NCBI RefSeq assembly: GCF_963921235.1
Contig: NC_086108.1
Location: 39,992,001 to 40,056,000 of the forward strand
Direction: 5' to 3'
From: Mobula hypostoma
Lineage: Eukaryota
Length of the DNA stretch: 64,000 nt
Position numbers and translations under genes: made by a program. This document shows, piece by piece, positions 24,550 to 37,099 of the stretch. Within the stretch, counting starts at the first letter, position 1, and each line of letters opens with the position of its first letter. Below the pieces are notes generated by a model. It was given only the letters and a program-made list of their open reading frames with translations, was not told the origin of the DNA and did no database searches.

Positions 24550-26914
24550 TTAGCGGAAGTTAGAGAAGTCGATGTTCATGCCATCAGGTTGGAGGCTACC
24601 CAGACGGAATATAAGGTGTTGTTCCTCCAACCTGAGTGTGGCTTCATCTTTACAGTAGAGGAGGCCGTGGATAGACATGTCAGAATGGGAATGGGATGTG
24701 GAATGAAAATGTGTGGCCACTGGGAGATCCTGCTTTCTCTGGTGGACAGAGCGTAGATGTTCAGTAAAGCGGTCTCCCAGTCTGCGTCGGGTCTCGCCAA
24801 TATATAAAAGGCCACATCGGGAGCACCAGACGCAGTATATCACCCCAGCCGACTCACAGGTGAAGTGTTGCCTCACCTGGAAGGACTGTTTGGGGCCCTG
24901 AATGGTGGTAAGGGAGGAAGTGTAAGGGCATGTGTAGCACTTGTTCCACTTACACGGATAAGTGCCAGGAGGGAGATCCGTGGGGAGGGATGGTGGGGAC
25001 GAATGGACAAGGGAATTGTGTAGGGAGCGATCCCTGCGGAATGCAGAGAGAGCGGGGGAGGGAAAGATGTGCTTAGTGGTGGGATTCCGTAGGAGGTGGC
25101 GGAAGTTACGGAGAATAATATGTTGGACCCGGAGGCTGGTGGGGTGGTAGGTGAGGACCAGGGGAACCCTATTCCTAGTGGGGTGGCGGGAGGATGGAGT
25201 GAGAGCAGATGTACGTGAAATGGGGGAGATGTGTTTAAGAGCGGAGTTGATAGTGGAGGAAGGGAAGCCGCTTTCTTTAAAAAAGGAAGACATCTCCCTC
25301 GTCCTAGAATGAAAAGCCTCATTCTGAGAGCAGATGCGGGGGAGACGGAGGAATTGCGAGAAGGGGATGGCGTTTTTGCAAGAGACAGGGTGAGAAGAGG
25401 AATAGTCCAGATAGCTGTGAGAGTCAGTAGGCTTATAGTAGACATCAGTGGATAAGCTGTCTCCAGAGACAGAGACAGAAAGATCTAGAAAGGGGAGGGA
25501 GGTGTCGGAAATGGACCAGGTAAACTTGAGGGCAGGGTGAAAGTTGGAGGCAAAGTTAATAAAGTCAACGAGTTCTGCATGCGTGCAGGAAGCAGCACCA
25601 ATGCAGTCGTCGATGTAGCGAAGGAAAAGTGGGAGACAGATACCAGAATAGGCTTGGAACATAGATTGTTCCACAAACCCAACAAAAAGGTAGGCATAGC
25701 TAGGACCCATATGGGTGCCCATAGCTACACCTTTAGTTTGGAGGAAGTGGGAGGAGCCAAAGGAGAAATTATTAAGAGTGAGGACTAATTCCGCTAGACG
25801 GAGCAGGGTGGTGGTAGAGGGGAACTGATTAGGTCTGGAATCCAAAAAGAAGCGTAGAGCTTTGAGACCTTCCTGATGGGGGATGGAAGTATATAAGGAC
25901 TGGACATCCATGGTGAAAATAAAGCGGTGGTGGCCAGGGAACTTAAAATCATCGAAAAGTTTAAGAGCGTGGGAAGTGTCATGAACATATGTCGGAAGGG
26001 ATTGAACAAGGGGTGATAAAACAGTGTCGAGGTATGCAGAAATGAGTTCGGTGGGGCAGGAGCAAGCTGAAACAATGGGTCTACCTGGACAGGCAGGTTT
26101 GTGGATCTTGGGTAGGAGGTAGAAACGGGAAGTGCGGGGTGTGGGAACTATAAGGTTGGTAGCAGTGGATGGGAGATCCCCTGAGCGGATAAAGTCGGTG
26201 ATGGTGTGGGAGACAATGGCCTGGTGCTCCTTAGTGGGGTCACGATTGAGGGGTAAATAAGAGGAGGTATCCGCGAGTTGTCGCTGTGCCTCGGCAAGGT
26301 AGAGGTCAGTACGCCAGACTACAACAGCGGGTTTAACCCTTATCGGCGGGTTTAATAATAAGGTTAGGATTAGTGTGGAGGGAGTGGAGAGCAGAGCATT
26401 CAGAAGGAGTGAGGTTGGAATGGGGACAAGGTGCGGTGAAGTCGAGACAGTTGATGTCCCGTCGGCAATTAGCGATAAAGAGATCCAGAGCAGGCAGAAG
26501 ACCAGAGCGGGGTGTCCATGAAGAAGAGGAGGGTTGAAGACGGGAGAAGGGGTCATCGGTGGGGGTGGAAGAGTCCTTGCCGAAGAAGTAGGCTCGGAGA
26601 CGGAGACGGCGGAAGAAAAGTTCCGCATCATGGCGAACACGGAACTCGCTGAGGTGTGGGCGAAGGGGAACAAAGGTGAGGCCCTTACTGAGAACAGAGT
26701 GTTCTGCCTCCGACAGTTGAAGGTCGAAGGGGATGGTAAAGACCCGGCACAGATGAGAGCTGGGGTCAGAGCAGGGAGGGGGGAGGCTGGGGGTGTCAAT
26801 GGAGAGAGGAGAGTTGGGGTGAGAGGAAGATGGAGCCTCTGAGGGCCCAGGAGTTGACGGTGGGATCTGAGGAAGACGGGGCTGCGGAGTGGTGGTGGGG
26901 GAAGGGGAGACGGG
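24550..26914 (-). pseudogene. PLE reverse transcriptase + GIY-YIG endonuclease, with one frame break at about 26330
   Basis: The upstream frame (26333..26938) has LSKGLTFVP and IIKPADKG. The downstream frame has FYLLPKIHK, GRPIVS, MDVQSLYTSIP, GVAMGT, LRYIDD, PFLD, a Cys linker CKWNKCYTC, and VIYCVWCSRCGLLYIGETRRRLGDRF.EH. Confidence 0.93.
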
Positions 26915-26949
26915 TCCAGTTGGTAGACTAGGCTGCATTTAATTACTTA

Positions 26950-27140
26950 ACTGTGGGTTTGAATGAATACACCATGGTTGTCATGGAATTTATCAAAACA
27001 GTTGTAGATGAGTGTGTCCCCACAAAATCATTCAGAGTCTTCCCCAACCAGAAGCCTTGGATGGACCATGTGATCCACAATCTGCTGAGGGCCAGATCAG
27101 AGGCATTGAAGTTTGGTGATGAAGAAAGTTACAAGATGTA
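26950..27140 (+). mobile_element. Rex1/Babar LINE internal fragment
   Basis: LNEYT..V.EFIKTVVDECVPTKSFRVFPNQKPWM. Confidence 0.85.
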
Positions 27141-27289
27141 AATCTTGTAAACTTTGATGCCAAGGCCAATCAAGATCCTGTCAATCTCCGCCTTGAATAA
27201 ACCCAATGACCTGGCCTCCACAGCTGCCTGTGGTAACAAATTCCAAATATTCACCAGCATCTGGCAAAAGAAATTTCTCTGAACCTCTG

Positions 27290-28070
27290 CTTTATGTTTA
27301 ATCTTTATGTTCTCCGCTCAAATGTGAAATGTGCAATTATAATAATTTATAATAAATATTATGTACAACAGGATAGTCAATATTGCATAGAAATGCAGTT
27401 GTGTCAGCATGAATTAAGCAGTCTGTAGGCCTGGTGGAAGAAACTGTCCTGGAGCCTGTTGGTCTTGGCTTTTATGCTGCGGTACCGTTTCCCGGATGGT
27501 AGTAGCTGGAACAGTTTGTAGATGGGGTGACTCGGGTCTCCAATGATCCCGGGCCCTTTCTACACACCTGTCTTTGTAAACATCCTGAATAATGGGAAGT
27601 TCACATCTATAGCTGTGCTGGGCTGTCTGCACCACTCTCTGCAGAGTCCTGCGATTGAGGGAAGTACAGTTTCCATACCAGGCAGTGATGCAGCCAGTCG
27701 GGATGCTCTCAATCATGCCCCTATAGAAAGTTCTTAGATTTTGGGGGACCATACCAAACGACTTTGATCGTCTGAGGTGAATGAGGTGCTGTTGTGCCTT
27801 TTTCTCCACACAGCCAGTATGTACAGACCATGCAAGATCCTCTGTGATGTTTATGCCGTGGAACTTAAAGGTGCTCACCCTTTCAACCCCAGATCCATTG
27901 ATGTCATTAGGGGTTAACCTGTCTCCATTCCTCCTGTAGTCCCCAACCAGCTCCCTTGTTTTAGCGACGTTGAGGGAGAGGTTGTTTTCTTGACTCCACT
28001 GTGTCAGTGTGATGACTTCCTCTCCGTAGGTTGTCTCTTTATCATTTGAGATTAAGCCAATCAGTGTAGT
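27290..28070 (-). mobile_element. Rex1/Babar LINE 3' fragment
   Basis: ORF 27414..28199: NNLSLNVAKTREL, VERVSTFKFHG..ITEDLAWS, FYRGMIES..TGCITAWYG. Confidence 0.9.
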
Positions 28071-28109
28071 TATGGAATCACAAGTGCCCTGAGTGGAAAT
28101 TCCTTCAAA

Positions 28110-28717
28110 ATGTAGTGGAAATAGCCCAGTCCAACACAGATAAAACCCTTCCCACCATTTAGCACATCTACATGAAGCATTGTTGCAGGAAAGCAGCATC
28201 CATCATCAGGGGCTCCCACTACCCAGGACTTGCTTCCTTCCCACTTCTGCCATCAGGAAAGAAATACTGGAGCCTCAGGACTCACACGAGCAGGTTCAGC
28301 TATCAGGAAAGAAGTACTGGAGCCTCAGGACTCACACTAGCAGGTTCAGAGATAGTTATTATCCCTCAATCATCTGACTCTTGAACCAAATGGGATAACT
28401 TCACTCAACTTCACTTGCCCTGATATTAAAATGTTCCCACGACAACTGACTCACTTTCAAGGACTCTTCATCTCATGTTCTTAATATTTTTTGCTTATTT
28501 ATTTATTATCATTATTTCTATCATTTTGTATTTGCGCAGTTTGTCGTCTTCTGCACTCTGGTTGAACACCCTGGTTGGGTGGTCTTTCTTTGTTTGTATT
28601 ATGGTTATTACTGTTATGGATTTATTGAGTATGCCCACAAGAAAATGAATCTCAGGGTTGTTTATAGTGATATATATGTTTTTTAAAAATTAATTTACTT
28701 CAAACTTTGAACTTTGA
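28110..28717 (+). mobile_element. Rex1/Babar LINE 3' end with an internal tandem duplication of about 50 bp
   Basis: RKAASII...YPG...LPSGKKYWSLRTHTSRFRDSYYP, and a (CTTTGAA)n tail at about 28700-28717. Confidence 0.85.
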
Positions 28718-31700
28718 AACAAGGAATAGGAATCATAGATTTGGGGATCTGAAGCCTGATTCAGATATTATTGAATAATGGACAGAACTGAATCTCAATT
28801 TATGCCAATGTCTCTTGTAGGTCAAGTAACACAACCTATGAAATGCCTGTTCTGAAAACCCTGTAATGAAATTTCCAATCCTCAACAGCTTTTTGATGGA
28901 GAGGTTCACTGCCATTTTCATTAATATAGCAATGTCTCCACATCACTCTTGGATAGCATCAGTATAATGTTAAGATTAAGTTTCATCTCCTCTGAACTCT
29001 CCCACTAGAGGAAGCAACATGTCTTTATCCAGCTTGTCAGTTCCTTGAACCTTAATCATCTCAGTCAGGATACCTGTTAACATTCTGTACATGAAGTAGA
29101 GCAAGCCTACCTTATGCAACACATGCTCATAACTTAACCTTGCAGCCCATCTGTTATCCTGTCTAATTTGTGTGGCATTCTTGTAGTGCCCAAATCTGTG
29201 TCTATTCTACACATGGTCTAAGCAGATCTTAGTGTAACTGTGTGAAGGCTCATATGCAGCAATCTTTTAAGCTTACTCATTTCACCGTGCCTTCAAAAAT
29301 TGCTCCAGAATGCATATTATCCAGAAGATATTGAGCTCCTCAAGGACAAGTGGAGTTCAATGATGCTTCCTTGATATATGCACCGAAGGTTTTGCAAAGC
29401 AACAAACTTTGAAGACCTCAGTCGTACTTGTGGCTGTTTAGAAGTCTGGGCCAATCCTCAATCCATTCATAATGATCCAATGATCATGAGGAAAGCTGAC
29501 GTCTGGTGCTTCAACAGAGGAACCATGAACTGGTTGGAGATAGGCATAGAATGTCACTCATTCCTCTGAAGTCTCTCCTCCCCATGACTCCAATCACCCA
29601 GAAGAGGAAGGGCGGCAGGTATGTGATAATACCACCTGCTTCATTGAAAGTGAATCTAAATCCTGGAACTCTGTACCCAACTGTGCTGTGGGAGAACCTT
29701 CATCACCATCTTAAGTGCATTTCGAAGTGGATAATAAATATTGTCTTTCTTGCAGCATCCTGGTCCCAAAATAAACAAATAAAAGTAAATGGCACTCTCT
29801 CTTACCTGGTATTTTTTACCTTCTTAGGTAAATAAAAACTAAGCACAATTAACGTATCAGCCTAAAAGTTAGATGTCAGCTCTTTTAATTTTAACTCACG
29901 AGACCCTTGCATCTCTTGCTACTGTATGGTCCATTTATTAAGAAAGAAATTTCTGTAATGTGGTCAGCCATTCCAACATGTGAAAGGTAACTTTGGATTG
30001 GGTGGTGCAGGCTGGTGGATTCATGGAAGGCTTAGATCTGGACATCTTATAGGGAGGTCATCAAGAAGGGTAAGTGTTGGGGTGGGTTGGGGCTGATCTC
30101 AGGAGGGTTAGGTTTGGAAAGTTTGGAACTGGACCAGGATCATGATGGGGTCAGTCTAGCATCAGAAGCGCCGCCTTTGCACTGGGATTGGAAGGAGGGT
30201 TGATTCAGGAAGTTGGGAATGGGACAAGGGGCTGGAGGTCATTGAGGAATCATGCTAATATTTGACTGTAGGACTTGGTGTCAGAGTGGGGAATGATGAG
30301 AGCTTTGAGAGTCTGATATTCGACACGGTCAGATTTGCACGGAGGTAGTTGGTGATGGGGAGCCCAGCTGTGCAATCAGCAAGCAATGGCTGGTTCTCAC
30401 AACCAGTACGTAGAGGGATAATGGATCCGAGCCAGTTAAGTTCATTGCTCAGCTCTACCAGATAGCATGAGCCAGGCATGCACAGGCTAAAGCCTTGAAA
30501 TTGGTGTCTAGATGTGCCTTGCATGGCTTCGTACACCTCCATCTGTGTTGGACTGTGTCAGACATGCAGAGCACCCAGCAGAAAGATTGCAAACTTCACA
30601 CAACACTGTCTGTTACCCAATGTTATTTTATATTATTACTGAAACTGAACTGCATAGTGCAAAAATCCGTACAAGATCCAGTTTCAAAGCAGACTTACTT
30701 TTGCAAATCCATACTGGAGTTCTCTCATCTGCTCCGTCACCAACCCTCATGACATAGCCCAGTGATTTTCCTACATCAGGGTATTTGTGTTATTGTTTTC
30801 TAGATTATCTCTCCTAATGTTTTTAAGTAATGCACCAACATTAGCAAAACATAGAGCATAGAACAGTAGAGGACGGTACAGGCCATTGACTCACAATATT
30901 GTGCTGACCTTTTAACCTACTCCAAGACCAGTCTAACCCTCCTTCCACATAGCCCTCTGTTTCAATCCAAAAACATTGTTTCCTAACTAAGAGGACTTTG
31001 AAAAGTAATGGCACAACCATCTATAATTTCAAGAACACTCAACTATCAGAGGTAGAAATTACGACATGCATTCATCTAAGTCATTGCTTATACCATTCAT
31101 TTAAAAAAAATTAAACCTAGTTACATTTCTTACTTTACCATAAATATTATTCTTGTACGTCTGGTACTTCATCATTTCCTCTGTTCTGAAGAAGCCAGCT
31201 TGTCATTTCCTGATATTTACTGAGATATCATTTGCATCTGGTTCCAGAAAACATGCCCTATTGCTCCTACAAATTGACCATTTATGTTGATGTTAATTTG
31301 CAACTTACCAACCTACTTACCAAGTTTGTTAACATTTATGTCACAATTCCGTGTCAGATTTGTGCCATTGCAGATTTTAAAATCATAAATTCTATAATCA
31401 TTTATATAAATCACAATACTCTGAGCATCAATCTTTCTGAATAACTTTCTACTTCCAGCAGTCTTCCTATAATCTCTACTCCCTGCTTCTAGTTTGAGAG
31501 CCACTTTGATATTGACTCTGTTAATTATCCTCTCCCACTGCATACGCTACGACAGATATGAGTCTAACAAGTACCATCTGACAGCTTTGACTTTGTACCA
31601 AAAGATTCTTTCAGCTTTTGATGGAGGATTGCATTTCCATCAGCCTTGACCTTTTTATTCTACTCTTTTTCTGGTGAAGGACATTGGGGTTGAAACACTT

Positions 31701-33394
31701 TAGGTGCCCAGTGTCAGAATGATCATAATTATTCTCAAGGATTTTCTTCTTTTAATATAGTTTTCATCCCAGATATATAGCCAGCAAAAGGTTTGGACAT
31801 GACTATTAGCTACCCAGGTCATCAAAGACCATTGTTAGCTTTGTTATGTTTAAACATAACAATCTGTGACAATTGTGTTCCCTACCCTTCATGGCTCCAA
31901 CAATGGTGTTCTACATGGTTGTAAGTGTTGAAAGTTGATGAAACATGTAGCTAAGATCTGTCTAAAGAGGATGTAGATGATTATAAGGTACAGTTTCAAA
32001 GAAGAACAGGAGGGACCTGTTCAGCTTCACTAGAACAAACTGGCTGCCGTATTCACCGCATCATATTGACGCAACTGTTCTTTGGGGCATCTTGAAGCTA
32101 TGGAAGCCATATTATAAATTAGCCATTCTTTCTCTTGCATAGGTTTTATTTCCAAATATTGAAACTGTTTGCATTTTGCGATAAAGAAATAATGGGTGTT
32201 TACCTGAGAAGACATACAAGAAATATCTTGCTAGATATTTCCATCAATTAAACCCTTTACTGATCCATTAGGATTTGTATGAGGCCTAAATATACATGCA
32301 GTTGGAAATTTGAAACTGCTTTTCTATAAGTACCTAACATCCATTTTTTTCCCTGATGACATCAATAATGTTGGGAGGTAAGGGTTTGAAGAGTCATTGG
32401 TCTTGTCATTCTGTGGCATCCATTTATCAGATAGCAGCTGTTCTGCATAAGCAAGTTGCCTTCAATAACTTTTTTTTCATAATGTAAATCTTATAATGCT
32501 CAGGGGAATCTTTTTTCCAGAAAACTTTCTGAATGAATAGTAAGAAGTTTGTGCAGCTGCTCGCAATAGATACAAGGTCAGAAACTGATCAGTGCATTAG
32601 TTCACTGACTACATAGTAATCTTGCTTTAAACGGGAGAATTCAGCCAATTCATTAAAAGCAGACGATGCATACCAGTTGATATAAACTTCTTGTCATCAC
32701 CTCTATTGAGATGCTTTATATTTCATTTGTATTTGCATCGTCTTTTTTGACAGTTCCTGTCCACTGTTGTCAACCTTAATCATTTAATGTCAACAAAATA
32801 TCAGAAGTTTCCATGACAGAGGTGATCAAAATATGAAGGGTTTTGTTTAAAGTAAGGGGAGCCACTTCCACTGGTTGAAGAGCAAGGAACCAGCACTCAG
32901 AGTTTTAAGGTAGTTCGAAAAGGATGAGGGGTTAGAAATGATATAGGGCATGGAAGTGTCACAGTGCTGCCTCTCACCAATTATTTCTGGAACTGTAGCG
33001 AGCCTCTTTTTAAATAAATGATATTAAATATACATACTTTATAGCTTTCAACCATATGCATTGTTTATTCAGTGAAAACCTGGATGTAGCTAATGTTGAC
33101 ATATTCTAAGGTTATCATATGGTACTAATATCTACAATGAAAGACACACTATTTGGATTCAAGGTTGATGCTCTGATTTACACCTTTAAATTTTTTTGCT
33201 TAGTTGCTATGCATTAATTGAGGCTCAGAAAAAAAATCACCTTTGGCCAGAAGTCTGCACCATATTGGCAGCTTTTTAAATGTGTTTTATTCCAACATTT
33301 AGAAAGTTTAAATATAGCTTGAATATTAGGCAAGACATAGCGAGCAACTCTGCATAATTTGTTCACAAGGTGCATTGCATTGCACATAGGCGTT

Positions 33395-33667
33395 GTATTT
33401 ATTTATTGGCTTACAGCTCGGTGTAGACCCTTCTGACCCTTTGAGCCACACTGCCTCAGCAACTCCATAACACTGATTAACTCCAACCTAATTATGGGAC
33501 CATTTACAATCACCAATTAACCTAACCTATACGTCTTTGAACTGTGGGAGGAAATCAGAGCAGCCGGGAAATACCCACACGGGGACTTCATGCAGAGCGG
33601 CACCAGAATTGAACTCCAAGCTCCAGAACAGCCCAAGCTGTAATAGTGCCATGCTACCATGGTGCCC
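33395..33667 (-). mobile_element. tRNA-derived SINE (HE1/V-SINE-like)
   Basis: caattaaccta...gtctttgaactgtgggaggaaatcagagc, a B-box-like agaattgaactcc, and a CR1-like tail at the left end. Confidence 0.7.
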
Positions 33668-34005
33668 ATTTATATTTACAATGGATCCAAATCTAGAAGG
33701 AATTACGGGAACTAGATGTGGAAATATGATTAGGACTTTCATGGAAGGCACATACTGATCAGAGGACTGGGAACTAATAGCCAGTTTACACCCTGTAATT
33801 TCCCACATCTGTATCTTCAGAATAAATGCTATTGAGCGCAGCTAAGTTTGAGAATCAAGATTTACCATTAGCTTTTGTAAATTTACCAATGGTGGTAATT
33901 TTTTTTTCTCCCAGCTCGTTTTGCTACTATGTCAACAGACCTGGTTGATACTTATATACTAAACTTATTGAAACAGCCAGTTTCAAATATAGTTGAAATA
34001 TAACT

Positions 34006-34526
34006 GTGCGATCAAGAATCTCTGGAAGGGAAGGCCCCAAATCCTCGGCTTTGCCTATTTCCTGTTGCCGGGGCCAGGCTCAAAGTGCTCGGCAGAGATG
34101 GTGCTCGGTGCTCGGAGTTGAGAGCTGGTCAGAGGCTCGAAGTTTTCGGACGGGCTCGGAGTTGGACTGTGGTCGGGTGCTTCCAGGACACTGCATCGGC
34201 AAGTTTGTGGCGCTGGAAGCTCATGGAATGAAGAGTTTTCTTCCTTCAACTGTCTGCATGAGATGATGGGACTTTCGAGAGACGTTTGGACTTTTTTTTA
34301 CCGTGCCCATGGTCTGTTCTTCTATCAAATTACAGTATTGCTTGCACTGTTGTAACTATGTGTTATAATTATGTGGTTTTTGTCAGTTTTTTTTAGTCTC
34401 GGTTTGCTTGTGTTTCTGTGATATCATTCTGGAGGAACAAATTGTATCATTTCTTAATGCATGAATTACTAAATGACAATAAAAGAGGACTGTGTGTCCT
34501 CATAATCTAATCTAACCTAATCTAAT
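34006..34526 (+). mobile_element. Non-coding retroposon or LINE 3' region with a (CTAAT)n tail
   Basis: GC-rich, CpG-retaining body. AATAAA at about 34478, followed by ataatctaatctaacctaatctaat. Confidence 0.6.
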
Positions 34527-34864
34527 TGGAACAGAGTTTTTTTCCAGATTTGCAATGAATATCTGACAATATGTATTGAATCTGAAATATTAACTCTTTT
34601 TTTAATCACAGATGCTGTTTGACCTGCTGAATTATTCCTGCAATTTCATTTCAGACTTCCAGTATCTGCATTTTTTTTTTGATTTACAAAGCAGAAATTC
34701 TTTGTTTTTATATTATGACAGGAAAATAAGAAAATAAAAACAACCTACCTGGCTACCGAAAGAATGGTTAAGATTATTGATTTCCTATTTTGTTTGTTTC
34801 TTCTGGGTGAAACATCTTTATTGCTAATGCTAATTGTACAGGTTGTAACACTAATTGTAAATCC

Positions 34865-36440
34865 CTTGTCCATCTGTCTCTCTCCACTAATCCCTCTCCC
34901 AGCATTTATCCCTGCAAGGAGCCAAAGTGCTACATCTGCCCATTCAACTCCTCACTCACCTCCATTCAGGGCCCCAAATAGTCCTTCTAAGCGAGGTGAG
35001 ACTTCACCTGTGAATCTGCTGGGGTCATCTGTTGTATCAAGTGCTCCCGATGTGGCCTCCTCTACATTGGTGAAACCCATCATAAATTGGTGAACCACTT
35101 TACAAACACAGAAACATAGAAAACCTACAGCACAATACAGGCCCTTCAGCCCACAATTCTGTGCTGAACATGTACTTAATTTAGAAGTTACCTAGCGATA
35201 CCCATAGCCCTCTATTTTTCTAAGCTTCATGTACCTATCCAGGAGTCCCTTAAAAGACCCTATTGTATCTGCCTCCACCACCGTTGCCGGCAGCCCATTC
35301 CACACACTCACCACTCTCTGCGTAAAAAACTTACCCCTGACATCTCCTCTGTACCTACAAGTACTTTAAAACTGTACCCTCTCATGTTAGCCATTTCAGC
35401 CCTGGGAAAAAGCCTCTGACTATCCACAAGATCAAAGCCTCTCATCATCTTATACATCTCTATCAGGTCATCTCTCATTCTCCGTCGCTCCAAGGAGAAA
35501 AGGCCAAGTTCACTCAGCCTATTCCCATAAGGCATGCTCCCTAATCCAGGCAACATCCTTGTAAATTTCCTCTGCACCCTTTCTATAGTTTCCACATTCT
35601 TCCTGTAGTGAGGTGGCCAGAACTGAGCACAGTACTCCAAGTGAGGTCTGACCAGGGTCCTTATATAAGACCATAAGACATAGATGTAACATTACCTCCC
35701 GGCTCTTGAACTCAATCCCATGGTTGATGTAGGCCAATGCACCATATGCCTTCTTAACCACAGAATTAGCCTGTGCAGCAGTTTTGAGTGTCTTATAGAC
35801 TCAGACCCCAAGATCCCTCTGATCCTCCACACTGCCAAGAGTCTTACCAAAAATACTATACTTTGTTGAGCACCACTGCTCCATCTGCCAAAAGCAGAAC
35901 TTTCTGGTGGCCAACCACTTTAATTCCATTTCCATTCCCATGAACGTTAGTTCATGGCCTCCTCTTGAGCCAAGATGAGGCCACCCTCAGGGTGGAGGAG
36001 CAACACCTTATATTCCATATGGGTAGCCTCCAACCTGATGGCATGAATATTCATTTCTCCTTCCGTGCCCTTCCCCTCTTCTTCCATTCCCCACTCCGGC
36101 CTCTTACCTCTTCTCACCTGCCTATCATCTCCCCCTGGATCCCCTCCACCTCCCCTTTCTCCAATGTTCCACTCTCCTTTTCCATCAGATTCCTTCTTCT
36201 CCAGCCCTTTACATTTCCTACCCACCTAGCTTCACCTATCATCTTCTAGCTATCCTCCTTCCCCTCCCCACCTTTTTATTCTGGTGTCTTTCCCATTCCT
36301 TTCCAGCGCTGAAGAAGGATTTCATCCCAAGACCATTGACCGTTTATTAATTTCCATAGATCCTGCCTAACCTGCTGAGTTCTTCCAGCATCTTGTGTGC
36401 GTTGCTTTGGATTTCCAGCATCTGCAGAATGTCTTGTGTT
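34865..36440 (+). mobile_element. Penelope-like element 3' part (GIY-YIG and pLTR), split by a CR1 insertion
   Basis: FTCESAGVICCIKCSRCGLLYIGET before the break. QDEATLRVEEQHLIFHMGSLQPDGMN and the pLTR come after it. Confidence 0.9.
35102..35859 (-). mobile_element. CR1 LINE 3' fragment
   Basis: EYCAQFWPPHYRK..IERVQRKFTRMLPGL, a (TTTCTATG)-type tail at 35102-35120, and a short candidate TSD ACTTT (35097-35101, 35860-35864). Confidence 0.92.
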
Positions 36441-37099
36441 ACTAAATATACTGCCTTGGCTCAGCCTGCCCCTGGCTATTTCTCCCCAAAGGTGTAGACA
36501 GACACTAAGACATGATTCACTATTCCACCCCAAAAGCAAAGGTTCACACTGCAACTCAATATATCTTTGGCCATGTTCCCCAAATACACCATTCTGCCAA
36601 AACTCTATTGATTTCAAACTTGAGATCTCAAATTGTCCCATCCTTCACATATGTTTTGGAAGAGAGTTCCACATTTATGCAGCATTGCCAATAAAAGTTG
36701 CTTATCTTTTTTTAAACTCTTCTTGAATGACTTTGCTTTAACTAAGTTCTTACTTTCTGTCACCAGCCAAAATAGTTTCTCCATCTGTTAGCTTCTGAAT
36801 TTGAAGTAAGTAATTTCTCCGCATTAGACAGTTTGGACACAGCTCTACTGAGGATTTTATTCACCCTCTCCAGAACTTAAGGAACTGACTATATTTGTCC
36901 AAAGTTAATCTGGCAGGAGGTAAAGAGGATGCCCACGTGAATAAAGAGGTAGCACAGACAAGGTAGGGACCAGCCTATGTTAGGTGAAAGTTTTATCTGG
37001 GTGCAGCTAAGCTGTTCAAAGGAAAATGCCCTGATAGGTTCTTATCAGAGTTCATTTTAACCCTTTTGATCATATAACGGCTTCTTTTAGCTACCAACT

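Larger units (their letters stand above)
24160..26914 (-). mobile_element. Penelope-like element (Neptune type), near-intact RT-EN, 5'-truncated
   Basis: Long RT + GIY-YIG ORF and a 3' pLTR with a hammerhead. Candidate 7-bp TSD TCCAGTT (24153-24159, 26915-26921). Confidence 0.95.

Noticed and set aside
26340..26799. N-terminal ~155 aa of the listed 749-aa ORF as genuine protein
   Set aside because: The PLE motifs in this stretch (LSKGLTFVP, KPADKG) are in the other frame, 26333..26938. The true reading frame switches at about 26330.
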